Of a stretch of DNA of 59,210 nt, positions 18,143 to 26,489 are shown piece by piece. Location of the stretch: IMG/VR virus record IMGVR_UViG_3300030107_003333, positions 1-59,210 of that record, one strand, 5' to 3'. The position numbers were made by a program, and so were the translations under genes. Under the pieces are notes generated by a model. It saw only the letters and a list, made by a program, of their open reading frames with translations, made no database searches and was not told where the DNA came from. Each line of letters begins with the position of its first letter. The first letter of the stretch is position 1. This stretch comes from a virus. Lineage: Duplodnaviria; Caudoviricetes.

Positions 18143-18855
18143 TGCCAGTTGTAAATACTGATAGCGGTGACGGATGGATCTCTTCTAATGCGCAGTCTTC
18201 GTGGGCAGCTGCAAGAGACATTACGTCTGGGGGGACACCTGATACAAACGACCTCCAATTTAACGGCGCTACTACTGCTATTAAGAGCGGTAGTCGAGGA
18301 GGTGGTAGTAATTATTATGTAACACGCACGTTTATGTATTTTGACACCTCTGGTATTACAGGAACAGTAGCTAGTGCCACTATAAAAGTAAGAGGATATC
18401 AGCAAAATGGTGGCAGTGTTATCGCTGTAAAAAGCACAGCGTTTGGTGGTGATGGAGGAACTGCTTTGGCTTCTGGCGATATAGACGCTATTGTTGGGTG
18501 GACAACTGGGGCTTCTGCTGCTGGAAATGTTACGGATTACAGCTCTCAAATAACTAGTGGATGGAGTATTTCTGCTTATAATGATTTAGCTAGCACTAGT
18601 GATTTAAGGGCTGACATGAAAAATAATGATGCTGTTATAATTTGCTTTATGAATTACACTTACGATTATCTAAATGTAGAACCAAGCAATTACCATAGGA
18701 TTGGTTTTCAATTCACGAACAATGTAGCGTCGAGGCCATACATAGACTACACTTTGGCGGGTTATGGAAATGATGTTATTGGAGTATCTAGTGCTAACAT
18801 AGATGGAGTTATAGGGGTGGCAACAGCCAATATAGACAAAATAATAGGAGTTTAA
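18142..18855 (+). CDS. Probable virion beta-sandwich protein
   Basis: RTFMYFDTSGI...VASATIK pattern; C-terminal VIGVxxANI repeats. Confidence 0.6.
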   Translation: MPVVNTDSGDGWISSNAQSSWAAARDITSGGTPDTNDLQFNGATTAIKSGSRGGGSNYYVTRTFMYFDTSGITGTVASATIKVRGYQQNGGSVIAVKSTAFGGDGGTALASGDIDAIVGWTTGASAAGNVTDYSSQITSGWSISAYNDLASTSDLRADMKNNDAVIICFMNYTYDYLNVEPSNYHRIGFQFTNNVASRPYIDYTLAGYGNDVIGVSSANIDGVIGVATANIDKIIGV

Positions 18856-18861
18856 ATAAAC

Positions 18862-18869
18862 TATATTTG
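18862..18869 (+). promoter_or_regulatory. Bacteroidota -7 element
   Basis: TATATTTG 4 nt before ATG 18874. Confidence 0.75.
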
Positions 18870-18873
18870 CAAT

Positions 18874-21090
18874 ATGAAAAAGATATCACTTATTTTATTT
18901 TTAATAATACCTTCTATTTTGTTTGCTCAGCCAGACGATGCAAGCTGGTTAAATGTAACGATACAAACAGATAACTATGGGGGAGAATCATCGTGGGAGA
19001 TAATAAACTTCGACGGTAATACTGTAGCTACAAATCCGCCGCTTCAGAACAATACATTAACAAACACAATGGTTTTTCTGCCTGCTGGAGACTACAGTTT
19101 TATAATGTATGATTCGTTTGGTGATGGTATATGCTGTTCCTTTGGTCAAGGTTTTTTTGGTATTACGAACACTTGCGGTTTAGAAGAGTTTAATTATGAG
19201 TTTGATTCAGCTATAGATACTATACCTTTTACATTGACACCTTGTATGCCTCTACTACTTGGCTGTATGAACGAAGCTGCAGATAATTACAATCCATGGG
19301 CCAATCAAGATGATGGTAGCTGCGAGGTTGTAGAGTGCGATTCGCTTGAAACGCTTGTGTCTATGGATTTAACTCTTGATACTTGGCCTAGTGAAACTGG
19401 TTTTACTTTAGTTGATATAGCTACTGGTCAACCTTATCACCAAGTACTACCTTTAGAATTTGATTTTGGAGATCAGCTTGTTACATACACATATGACTTT
19501 TGTGTTGCTTTAGGGTTTGAGTTAATTTTAACAGACGAGTATGGAGACGGCCTTAACGGTTCTGCTTCAGGGGGGGAAGATGGAGCTTGTGTTATAACTG
19601 CTTGCGATAGTGTTATATGGGAATTAGAGGACTTAGCATTTACGGAATTTGATGATGGAAACACAATGTACTCTGGAGCTATTTTTACAGAGCCTTGCCC
19701 GCCCGTGCCGCCCGTTGTTGGGTGTATGGATGATGACTATGTAGACTACAACCCTCTTGCCGAAGTCCAAGATACTTGCATGACATTACACACATGGGGT
19801 TGCACAGACCCAGAAGCTATGAACTATGATAGCACTGCAACAATAAACGACTTAAACGGCCCTTGCAGCATACAGATTATCTTAGAAGATGACGCTGGTG
19901 ATGGCTGGGGTATGTCTGGGATAGGTGTAATTCAAGGAGATCAACAATGGTTATTTACTGTAGGCCCTAATCAGTTTTCACAATCTTGGGATATTATGCT
20001 GGATTCTGATGAGGAGGTTGATATATATTACTTTCAAGGTGGAGGGCAACAGTCATCTGCACAAGAACTAGCTTTTCAAACATTACACAACTCTGTATAT
20101 GCTATCAATCAAGCTGGAGACACTTTACTGTCTGAAGGATCTAATCCTTTCCTAAATAACGGCCAAGGGGCTTTGCAGCCATTTAGTGCACCAAATTGGC
20201 ACACGTATAGTTTTACCCCTTATTGTGGAGACAGTTGCATCCCCTATATATATGGGTGCACAGACTCAGCAGCCTGCAACTATGACGCAGAGGCTAATAC
20301 AAATTTTGACTGTAATTACCCTGTTCAATACTATGATTGTAATAATAGCTGCGTGAATGACTCTGACGGCGATGGTGTATGTGATGAGTTAGAAGTACTA
20401 GGTTGTCAAGATCCAACCGCATTTAATTACAACGCATTGGCTACTGATGCTGGAGAGTGCATACCAGTAATATTTGGCTGCACAGACCCAACACAATTTA
20501 ATTACGATCCAGAAGCTAATACAGAAAATCAAAGCTGTATTCCTTTTATATATGGTTGCATGGACCCATTAGCTTTGAATTATGACCCTAACGCTAACAC
20601 TGATAATGAATCTTGCATTGAAGTAATAGTTGATTGCATGGACCCTACTGCAGTGAATTACAATGAGTTAGCAAACACTCCTGACAACAGTACTTGTTTG
20701 TATGATGCTGGGTGTATTGGCGAGGCGGGTGATCCATATTATTTAAATGACTCATGCTATGCTTGGATTATAGATATTGATCCGTACTGTTGTGAAGTCG
20801 CTTGGGATGGAGCTTGTGTTGAATTGTATGATTATTGTCAAGCTGGATGGCCTACTGATATATACGATATACACGATATATATAATGTATATCCTAACCC
20901 AGTTGAGAATATTTTAAACATACAAACGTCTTTAGATGTAACTACAGAAATTTATAACTCTTTTGGACAGCTCGTAGTTTCAGCAACTAGAGAAAAGCGA
21001 ATTAACCTTCAACACCTTTCTAAAGGTTTGTATCATGTTGTTATAAAAAATAACGATAGGACTTCAATTAAAAAAATAATTAAATCATGA
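18874..21090 (+). CDS. Secreted Cys-rich repeat protein with T9SS type A C-terminal sorting domain
   Basis: Signal peptide MKKISLILFLIIPSILFA|Q; multiple GC(T/M)DxxAxNYxxxA repeats; CTD VYPNPV...IYNSFGQLV...LSKGLYHVVI...KKIIKS. Confidence 0.9.
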   Translation: MKKISLILFLIIPSILFAQPDDASWLNVTIQTDNYGGESSWEIINFDGNTVATNPPLQNNTLTNTMVFLPAGDYSFIMYDSFGDGICCSFGQGFFGITNTCGLEEFNYEFDSAIDTIPFTLTPCMPLLLGCMNEAADNYNPWANQDDGSCEVVECDSLETLVSMDLTLDTWPSETGFTLVDIATGQPYHQVLPLEFDFGDQLVTYTYDFCVALGFELILTDEYGDGLNGSASGGEDGACVITACDSVIWELEDLAFTEFDDGNTMYSGAIFTEPCPPVPPVVGCMDDDYVDYNPLAEVQDTCMTLHTWGCTDPEAMNYDSTATINDLNGPCSIQIILEDDAGDGWGMSGIGVIQGDQQWLFTVGPNQFSQSWDIMLDSDEEVDIYYFQGGGQQSSAQELAFQTLHNSVYAINQAGDTLLSEGSNPFLNNGQGALQPFSAPNWHTYSFTPYCGDSCIPYIYGCTDSAACNYDAEANTNFDCNYPVQYYDCNNSCVNDSDGDGVCDELEVLGCQDPTAFNYNALATDAGECIPVIFGCTDPTQFNYDPEANTENQSCIPFIYGCMDPLALNYDPNANTDNESCIEVIVDCMDPTAVNYNELANTPDNSTCLYDAGCIGEAGDPYYLNDSCYAWIIDIDPYCCEVAWDGACVELYDYCQAGWPTDIYDIHDIYNVYPNPVENILNIQTSLDVTTEIYNSFGQLVVSATREKRINLQHLSKGLYHVVIKNNDRTSIKKIIKS

Positions 21091-21284
21091 GTTATAAAAC
21101 AAATAAAACGACTAAGAAACGAATAGACAGCCTATTGAGTAAAAATGCTAGCTATCAAGCCGCTAATGTTTGCGTCACAAACAGTAAGACAAAGAGGCAA
21201 GAAATTAATAGATACTGTCGTGTTAACTTTGTAAATCCCATTAAGGATATAGATAAAAATTTTTATGATCAAATAATTTTATAA
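21087..21284 (+). CDS. Small basic hypothetical protein
   Basis: 65 aa, ATGA overlap with previous stop. Confidence 0.65.
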   Translation: MSYKTNKTTKKRIDSLLSKNASYQAANVCVTNSKTKRQEINRYCRVNFVNPIKDIDKNFYDQIIL

Positions 21285-21286
21285 TA

Positions 21287-21436
21287 ATGAAAATAGATTG
21301 GATAAACAGCTGGAATGCTGGCAACAAGAAAGAAGTATACGAGCTTTCATTTAGACTTGGTACTATTACTGTTTTAGAAATAAGTTTTGGTAAATCATTT
21401 AGATTTATGGTATTGAATTTCGGATTCGAAGTGTGA
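21287..21436 (+). CDS. Small hypothetical protein (not in ORF track)
   Basis: Hand translation: MKIDWINSWNAGNKKEVYELSFRLGTITVLEISFGKSFRFMVLNFGFEV; fills the gap exactly. Confidence 0.6.
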   Translation: MKIDWINSWNAGNKKEVYELSFRLGTITVLEISFGKSFRFMVLNFGFEV

Positions 21437-22506
21437 TGACAGAAAAAAAGGATTTAACTTCAGTTGTATATGCTCTAATAATGTTAGGGGTGTTTCTTCT
21501 TGCAACATTTACAGCTAATGGACAAACTGTAAAAAAGACGTTTAAGTTTGCTACATTCTATACGGCGTTTAGTGGAGGTAACTCCATAGCTGATGATAAC
21601 ATATACTCTGTGACTAATGGGTTGCAAACTGATGTATTAGAAACTCCTTTTGATTATTCATTTACAGCTGGTGTACGTAAAATTGCTAGATTCGGATACG
21701 AGAACCGAGCTAATGTATTCTATGACGGAACAGAGAAATCATACAGTGACGCAGCCACTATTGGTAAAGTAAAAGGATTTGAATTTTTATTTGAAGCCGA
21801 TTGGCGTAGACAGCAAGGTAGGAACTTTGTTGATCAGGATTATTTCTTGCGTTATGTAGCAAAAAACTGGATAGCTAAGGTTGAGTATCTACAAGATGGC
21901 TTTGCTGACGTAGAATATTTTGAAGGCTCTCAGAGATTAAGACTTAATGCAAATGACCACCTTAGTTTTAACATCGGAGTGGCTCAACGTATATCTGAGC
22001 CTTATGGATATAATCCTTTAGAAGAGTGGGTGTTGTCAAACAATAATATACATTACACAAGTCTCGCTATACAAGAAGGTTACACTATAGATGTGCAAGC
22101 AGGTGAATATTTTTCTCCAGACGGCGAGCTTGTAGCTAATAGTGTTGATGTATGGGAGCAGGTTGTTATACCTGAAGTTATTGATGATTATGTAGCTAAG
22201 AAAAGAAATGAGCTACCTAATGTATGGAACTATTCTGTAGTTGTTGGGTACGACTACTATAAATATTCCAAAGAATTTTGGATGCACAACTGGGTAAGTG
22301 TAATGCCTTATCACCTTAAGACAGATGACGAATATTCTTATTTCGAAACCACGGAAGGAGGCCAATGGTTGGATTACGGCGCAGGCCTTATCTTTGGTTG
22401 GAGATTAAATAAGAGTCTTGGTGTATTCTTAGAGGGTAAGTACAATAAGTACTGGAATCGAGAATGGCACGATTTCTCTGTCGGACTAAACTATGTAATA
22501 TTGTAA
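21433..22506 (+). CDS. Predicted outer-membrane beta-barrel protein
   Basis: Hydrophobic leader ending TANG|Q; aromatic-rich amphipathic strands (YGAGLIFGWRL, LGVFLEGKY, DFSVGLNY near C-terminus). Confidence 0.6.
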   Translation: MMTEKKDLTSVVYALIMLGVFLLATFTANGQTVKKTFKFATFYTAFSGGNSIADDNIYSVTNGLQTDVLETPFDYSFTAGVRKIARFGYENRANVFYDGTEKSYSDAATIGKVKGFEFLFEADWRRQQGRNFVDQDYFLRYVAKNWIAKVEYLQDGFADVEYFEGSQRLRLNANDHLSFNIGVAQRISEPYGYNPLEEWVLSNNNIHYTSLAIQEGYTIDVQAGEYFSPDGELVANSVDVWEQVVIPEVIDDYVAKKRNELPNVWNYSVVVGYDYYKYSKEFWMHNWVSVMPYHLKTDDEYSYFETTEGGQWLDYGAGLIFGWRLNKSLGVFLEGKYNKYWNREWHDFSVGLNYVIL

Positions 22507-22790
22507 TGGCACAACAAATTGGAGAAGATACTAAAGTAACATTTGACCTAAAGACAATAGGGTTGGGTGTAGCAGGGCTAGCAGCCCTAATAGGAATGTG
22601 GTTTACGCTACAAGCTGATATAGCAGAAGCAAAAGAGTTGCCAGAGCCATTGCCGTCAGAGGTCACACGTATGGAGTTTGATATGAAAGACCAATTAATC
22701 CGACAGACTATTATGACTACGCAAGAAGATGTATCAGAGCTTAAAGAAGACCTAGACCGCATCGAAGAAAAAATAGATAAACTTCAATAA
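22506..22790 (+). CDS. Single-pass membrane protein with C-terminal coiled coil
   Basis: Start MAQQ (TAATG overlap); IGLGVAGLAALIGMWF TM; VSELKEDLDRIEEKIDKL heptads. Confidence 0.75.
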   Translation: MAQQIGEDTKVTFDLKTIGLGVAGLAALIGMWFTLQADIAEAKELPEPLPSEVTRMEFDMKDQLIRQTIMTTQEDVSELKEDLDRIEEKIDKLQ

Positions 22791-23128
22791 TGAAACATTT
22801 AATTTACATATGTTTATTTGCAATGACATCTCTTGGTATGACTATACCAGATTCGGGGGTATGCGTCGTTGAGTTTAACGCAAGTTTTAACTCATCAAAT
22901 AGTGTTGATTGGATTGATGAGTTGAGTGATTGCAAAGGGAAGAGGGTTGATATACTTACTAATCCTGAATTACAAAAAGAACATAAAATTGTAGTAGTAC
23001 CTACTGTTATTGTATTTAACGATGGGGAAGAGGTGGAGAGATTTCAGGCGAATATTATGATGCAACTTGAGGCAACGAAAGATGAGGTTCAAGAAGCGGT
23101 AGACGAAATTATAATGAGTGCGTTTTAA
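22790..23128 (+). CDS. Exported thioredoxin-fold protein lacking CxxC
   Basis: Hydrophobic leader; VVEFNASFN in place of DFxAxWC; VVVPTVIVFNDGEEVERF thioredoxin C-half. Confidence 0.75.
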   Translation: MKHLIYICLFAMTSLGMTIPDSGVCVVEFNASFNSSNSVDWIDELSDCKGKRVDILTNPELQKEHKIVVVPTVIVFNDGEEVERFQANIMMQLEATKDEVQEAVDEIIMSAF

Positions 23129-23412
23129 TGCCTAAGGTAAAAAAAGATCCAAGATTAAAAAGGGCTGGTGTATCTGGATATAATAAACCAAAGCGTACTC
23201 CTAACCATCCAACAAAGTCGCATGTTGTTGTAGCTAAGGTTGGAGATATAATTAAGCTGATTAGATTTGGACAGCAGGGTGTAACTACTGCGGGTAAAAA
23301 GAAAGATGCAAGATCTAAAGCTAGGCGTAAGTCATTTAAGGCTCGTCATGCAAAAAATATAGCTAAGGGTAAAATGAGCGCTGCGTACTGGGCTAATAAA
23401 GTAAAGTGGTAA
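23128..23412 (+). CDS. Basic protein (DUF5754/DUF6321-like)
   Basis: LIRFGQQG...RRKSFKARH...SAAYWANKVKW. Confidence 0.7.
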   Translation: MPKVKKDPRLKRAGVSGYNKPKRTPNHPTKSHVVVAKVGDIIKLIRFGQQGVTTAGKKKDARSKARRKSFKARHAKNIAKGKMSAAYWANKVKW

Positions 23413-23603
23413 TGAAAACTATTAAGTATAAAAAAGGAGGTAAGTTAAAAATATCCAACAAAAAAGTTTCCGTGGACCCGCCTGAAGGTTATCACTGGAT
23501 GGAAGAAGCGGGTCGTTATTATTTAATGGCTGGTGATTACAAACCTCATGCAGGCGCAGTAAAAAAAGCTAATTTTAAAACAGCTTCACATCCTAAAGGA
23601 TAA
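23412..23603 (+). CDS. Small basic protein
   Basis: YKKGGKL, PPEGYHWM motifs. Confidence 0.7.
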   Translation: MKTIKYKKGGKLKISNKKVSVDPPEGYHWMEEAGRYYLMAGDYKPHAGAVKKANFKTASHPKG

Positions 23604-23749
23604 TGAAAGTAAATAAAAAATATTTAAAAGGTAGTAAGAACGCTAAACGTAGAGAACAGCTTATAAAAAAAATTGCTGCTATATATAAAAAAGGTAAACC
23701 ATACCCAAAGAACTTAGATGCTTTAATGAAAGAAAGAGACTCGCTATGA
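23603..23749 (+). CDS. Small basic protein (not in ORF track)
   Basis: Hand translation MKVNKKYLKGSKNAKRREQLIKKIAAIYKKGKPYPKNLDALMKERDSL; overlaps stop/start on both sides. Confidence 0.65.
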   Translation: MKVNKKYLKGSKNAKRREQLIKKIAAIYKKGKPYPKNLDALMKERDSL

Positions 23750-23973
23750 AAATGCTTAAAAAAGGAGGTAAAACTAAAGGCAAAGGCTATGCCAGTCTTG
23801 ACTCCGCACAAAAACAAGTGTATAAACGAGGCCTTGCTGCTTATATGAGTGCTGGAAGTAGACCTAAAGTGTCTCAACACGCATGGGCTATGGCTCGTGT
23901 TAAAAGTGCCTTTGGTAAAAGAGAGGCTGCTAAGATTAGAGCTGGTAAGGATAAAAAAACTAAAAAGAAATAA
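23746..23973 (+). CDS. Basic protein (DUF5824-like)
   Basis: QVYKRGLAAY..GSRP....AWAMARVKS. Confidence 0.7.
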   Translation: MKMLKKGGKTKGKGYASLDSAQKQVYKRGLAAYMSAGSRPKVSQHAWAMARVKSAFGKREAAKIRAGKDKKTKKK

Positions 23974-23977
23974 TCAC

Positions 23978-23985
23978 TATATTTG
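23978..23985 (+). promoter_or_regulatory. Bacteroidota -7 element
   Basis: TATATTTG upstream of head operon. Confidence 0.7.
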
Positions 23986-24005
23986 CAAGTAAATAACTAT
24001 TCAAA

Positions 24006-24404
24006 ATGGCAACAACAACCGCAACACTAACATTATCAAGCGCAGACCTAACAGGTGACGCTCTATCGTTGTCTACGACGGCAACACTAACTAAAGCTGG
24101 AACAGTAACTGGTTTAAGTCAAACTACTGGTATAGCAAGAAAAACTACATCTGCTAGTTCTCAATACACATTATTTGACGGAGATGCTTATGGAAATGGA
24201 TCTCATAAAGTTTATATCAAGAATACAAGTACGGTAGCTACAGAGTATGTAACTATAGAGATTAACTCTGAGCAAATGGGTAAACTATATGCTGGTGATT
24301 GGTGCTTCTTCCCTTGGGAAGCTAACGCAGACACTAACGACATTAAACTTCAGCCAAGCGTTTCTACAGCGTTCACTGTAGAGTATGCTTTATTTTACGA
24401 ATAA
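24006..24404 (+). CDS. Probable minor capsid/auxiliary protein
   Basis: Beta-rich; KVYIKN and LYAGDWCFFPW parallel the next gene. Confidence 0.6.
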   Translation: MATTTATLTLSSADLTGDALSLSTTATLTKAGTVTGLSQTTGIARKTTSASSQYTLFDGDAYGNGSHKVYIKNTSTVATEYVTIEINSEQMGKLYAGDWCFFPWEANADTNDIKLQPSVSTAFTVEYALFYE

Positions 24405-24811
24405 TGGCTACATTAAGTGTTAGTTTAAATATAGAGTCTGTTAATGTATTGAGCACAAATCTTGCTCTGTCTATATCTAAGGATATGACAGTAGATAGTG
24501 GTAACTTAATACGGGCTAAAGTAAAAGGTACGGCTGCCGACACTAATGACTTAGCTGTATATATTGCTAACCAATGTAGCGACAGAGCTTACTTATATAT
24601 AAAAAACCTAGACGTTGAGTTAGAGAATTACATCTACATACACAATGATACTGATACTGGAGAAGTTGCCAAAATAGGTGGTGGTGAATTTGCATTCATT
24701 CCACTTAATCCAGCGAAGAAGTACGAGGTGTATGGCACGAAAGTAGATCAACTTATTGAATACGGGGTATACGGAAATGATAATTCAGCTAACCAGTACG
24801 GTGGTAGCTAA
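24404..24811 (+). CDS. Probable minor capsid/auxiliary protein (paralogue of 24006)
   Basis: YLYIKNLD, IGGGEFAFIP, IEYGVY. Confidence 0.6.
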   Translation: MATLSVSLNIESVNVLSTNLALSISKDMTVDSGNLIRAKVKGTAADTNDLAVYIANQCSDRAYLYIKNLDVELENYIYIHNDTDTGEVAKIGGGEFAFIPLNPAKKYEVYGTKVDQLIEYGVYGNDNSANQYGGS

Positions 24812-24822
24812 TAAATAAAGAC

Positions 24823-25338
24823 ATGGCATTTGATATTATAACAATAGAACCAACAACGGTAGACGGAGCTCATGCAGCGGGTGATGTATTTTTTAATCTT
24901 ACATCTTTTCAGATTCCTGCAAGGGCATGTAAACTTTTAAGTATTCATATGGAGGTTGCTAACGGTGCTGGAGAGGATGATACTAAGCTTGGTATTTTGT
25001 TTTTCAAAAAAAATACACAAGTTACTTTAGGTACGTTAGATGCTACAGCTAATATTGCTCATGCAGACTTTACCTCTAATCAATATATCGGTCAGTCGTT
25101 TTTAACTCTATCAGATGCTGGAGGTTTAGACAATGATATTATAGATACTACTGCTTTGTATTATCCTTCTGGCTCATCACAAAAAGCAGCTAATTCTAGT
25201 GAAAATCTATTTATACCTTTGATACTTAAGGGTGATTCTGGAAGCACAGACTTATTTGCAGGTGGGGTTGTTCATGCAGGAGCACCAGACTTTGACGGAA
25301 CGGCTAACGTGAAGATCCACCTTCATGTAGAATACTAA
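24823..25338 (+). CDS. Probable structural protein
   Basis: 171 aa beta-rich, in head operon. Confidence 0.55.
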   Translation: MAFDIITIEPTTVDGAHAAGDVFFNLTSFQIPARACKLLSIHMEVANGAGEDDTKLGILFFKKNTQVTLGTLDATANIAHADFTSNQYIGQSFLTLSDAGGLDNDIIDTTALYYPSGSSQKAANSSENLFIPLILKGDSGSTDLFAGGVVHAGAPDFDGTANVKIHLHVEY

Positions 25339-25363
25339 ATTGAATATTAATAATTAAATAATA

Positions 25364-26476
25364 ATGGAAGAAAATAAAGAAACTGTCGGAGGGTTTGAAG
25401 TTTTCAACTCACCCGAAGATCTCGCTGCGTCTATGAACGCACCACAAGAAACTACAACAGAAGAGGCTCCTCAACAGGAGTCTCAGTCTATTCAAGAGGA
25501 TGTTCAGCCAGAACCAGCTGTAGAGGCTCAGCCAGAACCAGCAGTTGTTTCCGAAGAACAGCCTCCACAAGAAAATATTCAACAGGAAACTGTTGCCCCA
25601 CAAGAAAATACTATTGAGTATTCTGACTCAGATGTTGAAGGAGCTGTCTTTAATTACCTAAGCGAGAAGCTAGGTAGAGATATTACTTCTTTAGATGCTT
25701 TGTCAGAGCCTCAACAGAGCGCTCTAGATGAAAGAATCGAGGCTATTGCCAGATTCGTTGAAGACACAGGCAGGAGCCCACAAGAATGGTTTGCTTATCA
25801 GCAGCTTAACACATCTGAGATGGATGATGAAACTGCAATACGAGTAAACATGGCTGGTGAATATCCTGATCTCACACGAGACGAATTAGATCTTTTATTA
25901 AAGAGCAAATATAAGCTTGATCCCGACGTTCATACGGACGATGAGATAAAGCTGTCTCGCCTTCAAATAAAGATTGATGCTCGGAAAGCTAAAGAAAGAA
26001 TAGAAGGTCTTCGTAAATCTTACGAGGCTCCTGAAAAAGTTCAGTCTGCACCTGAAAGCGTTATAACTGATAAATGGGTGTCTGATATGAGTAAAGAGGT
26101 GGATGCTATGACAGGTCTAGAGTTTGACCTAGGTGGCGATAAAACTTTTGTCTTTGGATTAGATGACAATTATAAATCAGCACTTATCGAGAAAAATGCA
26201 AATCTTGATAAGTATTTTAATTCTTACATCCGTGAAGACGGGAGTTGGGATTATGATACGTTATCTTCTCACAGAGCTGTGGTTGATAATATTGACAAAA
26301 TCGTTTCTTCTGCATATAGGCAGGGGATGAGCGATGGTCAAAGAAACATAGTGAGTAATGCAGCTAACGTATCAACAGAAACACCTGCTCCAACACCGCA
26401 AAATGAAAATCCGTTGGCGGATCAGGTGAGAAATATTTTACGAGGAAATACCTCAAAACTTACTTTTAAAATCTAA
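25364..26476 (+). CDS. Scaffold-like protein preceding MCP
   Basis: Acidic disordered E/Q/P N-terminus, helical core, directly upstream of MCP. Confidence 0.6.
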   Translation: MEENKETVGGFEVFNSPEDLAASMNAPQETTTEEAPQQESQSIQEDVQPEPAVEAQPEPAVVSEEQPPQENIQQETVAPQENTIEYSDSDVEGAVFNYLSEKLGRDITSLDALSEPQQSALDERIEAIARFVEDTGRSPQEWFAYQQLNTSEMDDETAIRVNMAGEYPDLTRDELDLLLKSKYKLDPDVHTDDEIKLSRLQIKIDARKAKERIEGLRKSYEAPEKVQSAPESVITDKWVSDMSKEVDAMTGLEFDLGGDKTFVFGLDDNYKSALIEKNANLDKYFNSYIREDGSWDYDTLSSHRAVVDNIDKIVSSAYRQGMSDGQRNIVSNAANVSTETPAPTPQNENPLADQVRNILRGNTSKLTFKI

Positions 26477-26489
26477 AAACTAAGAAAAA

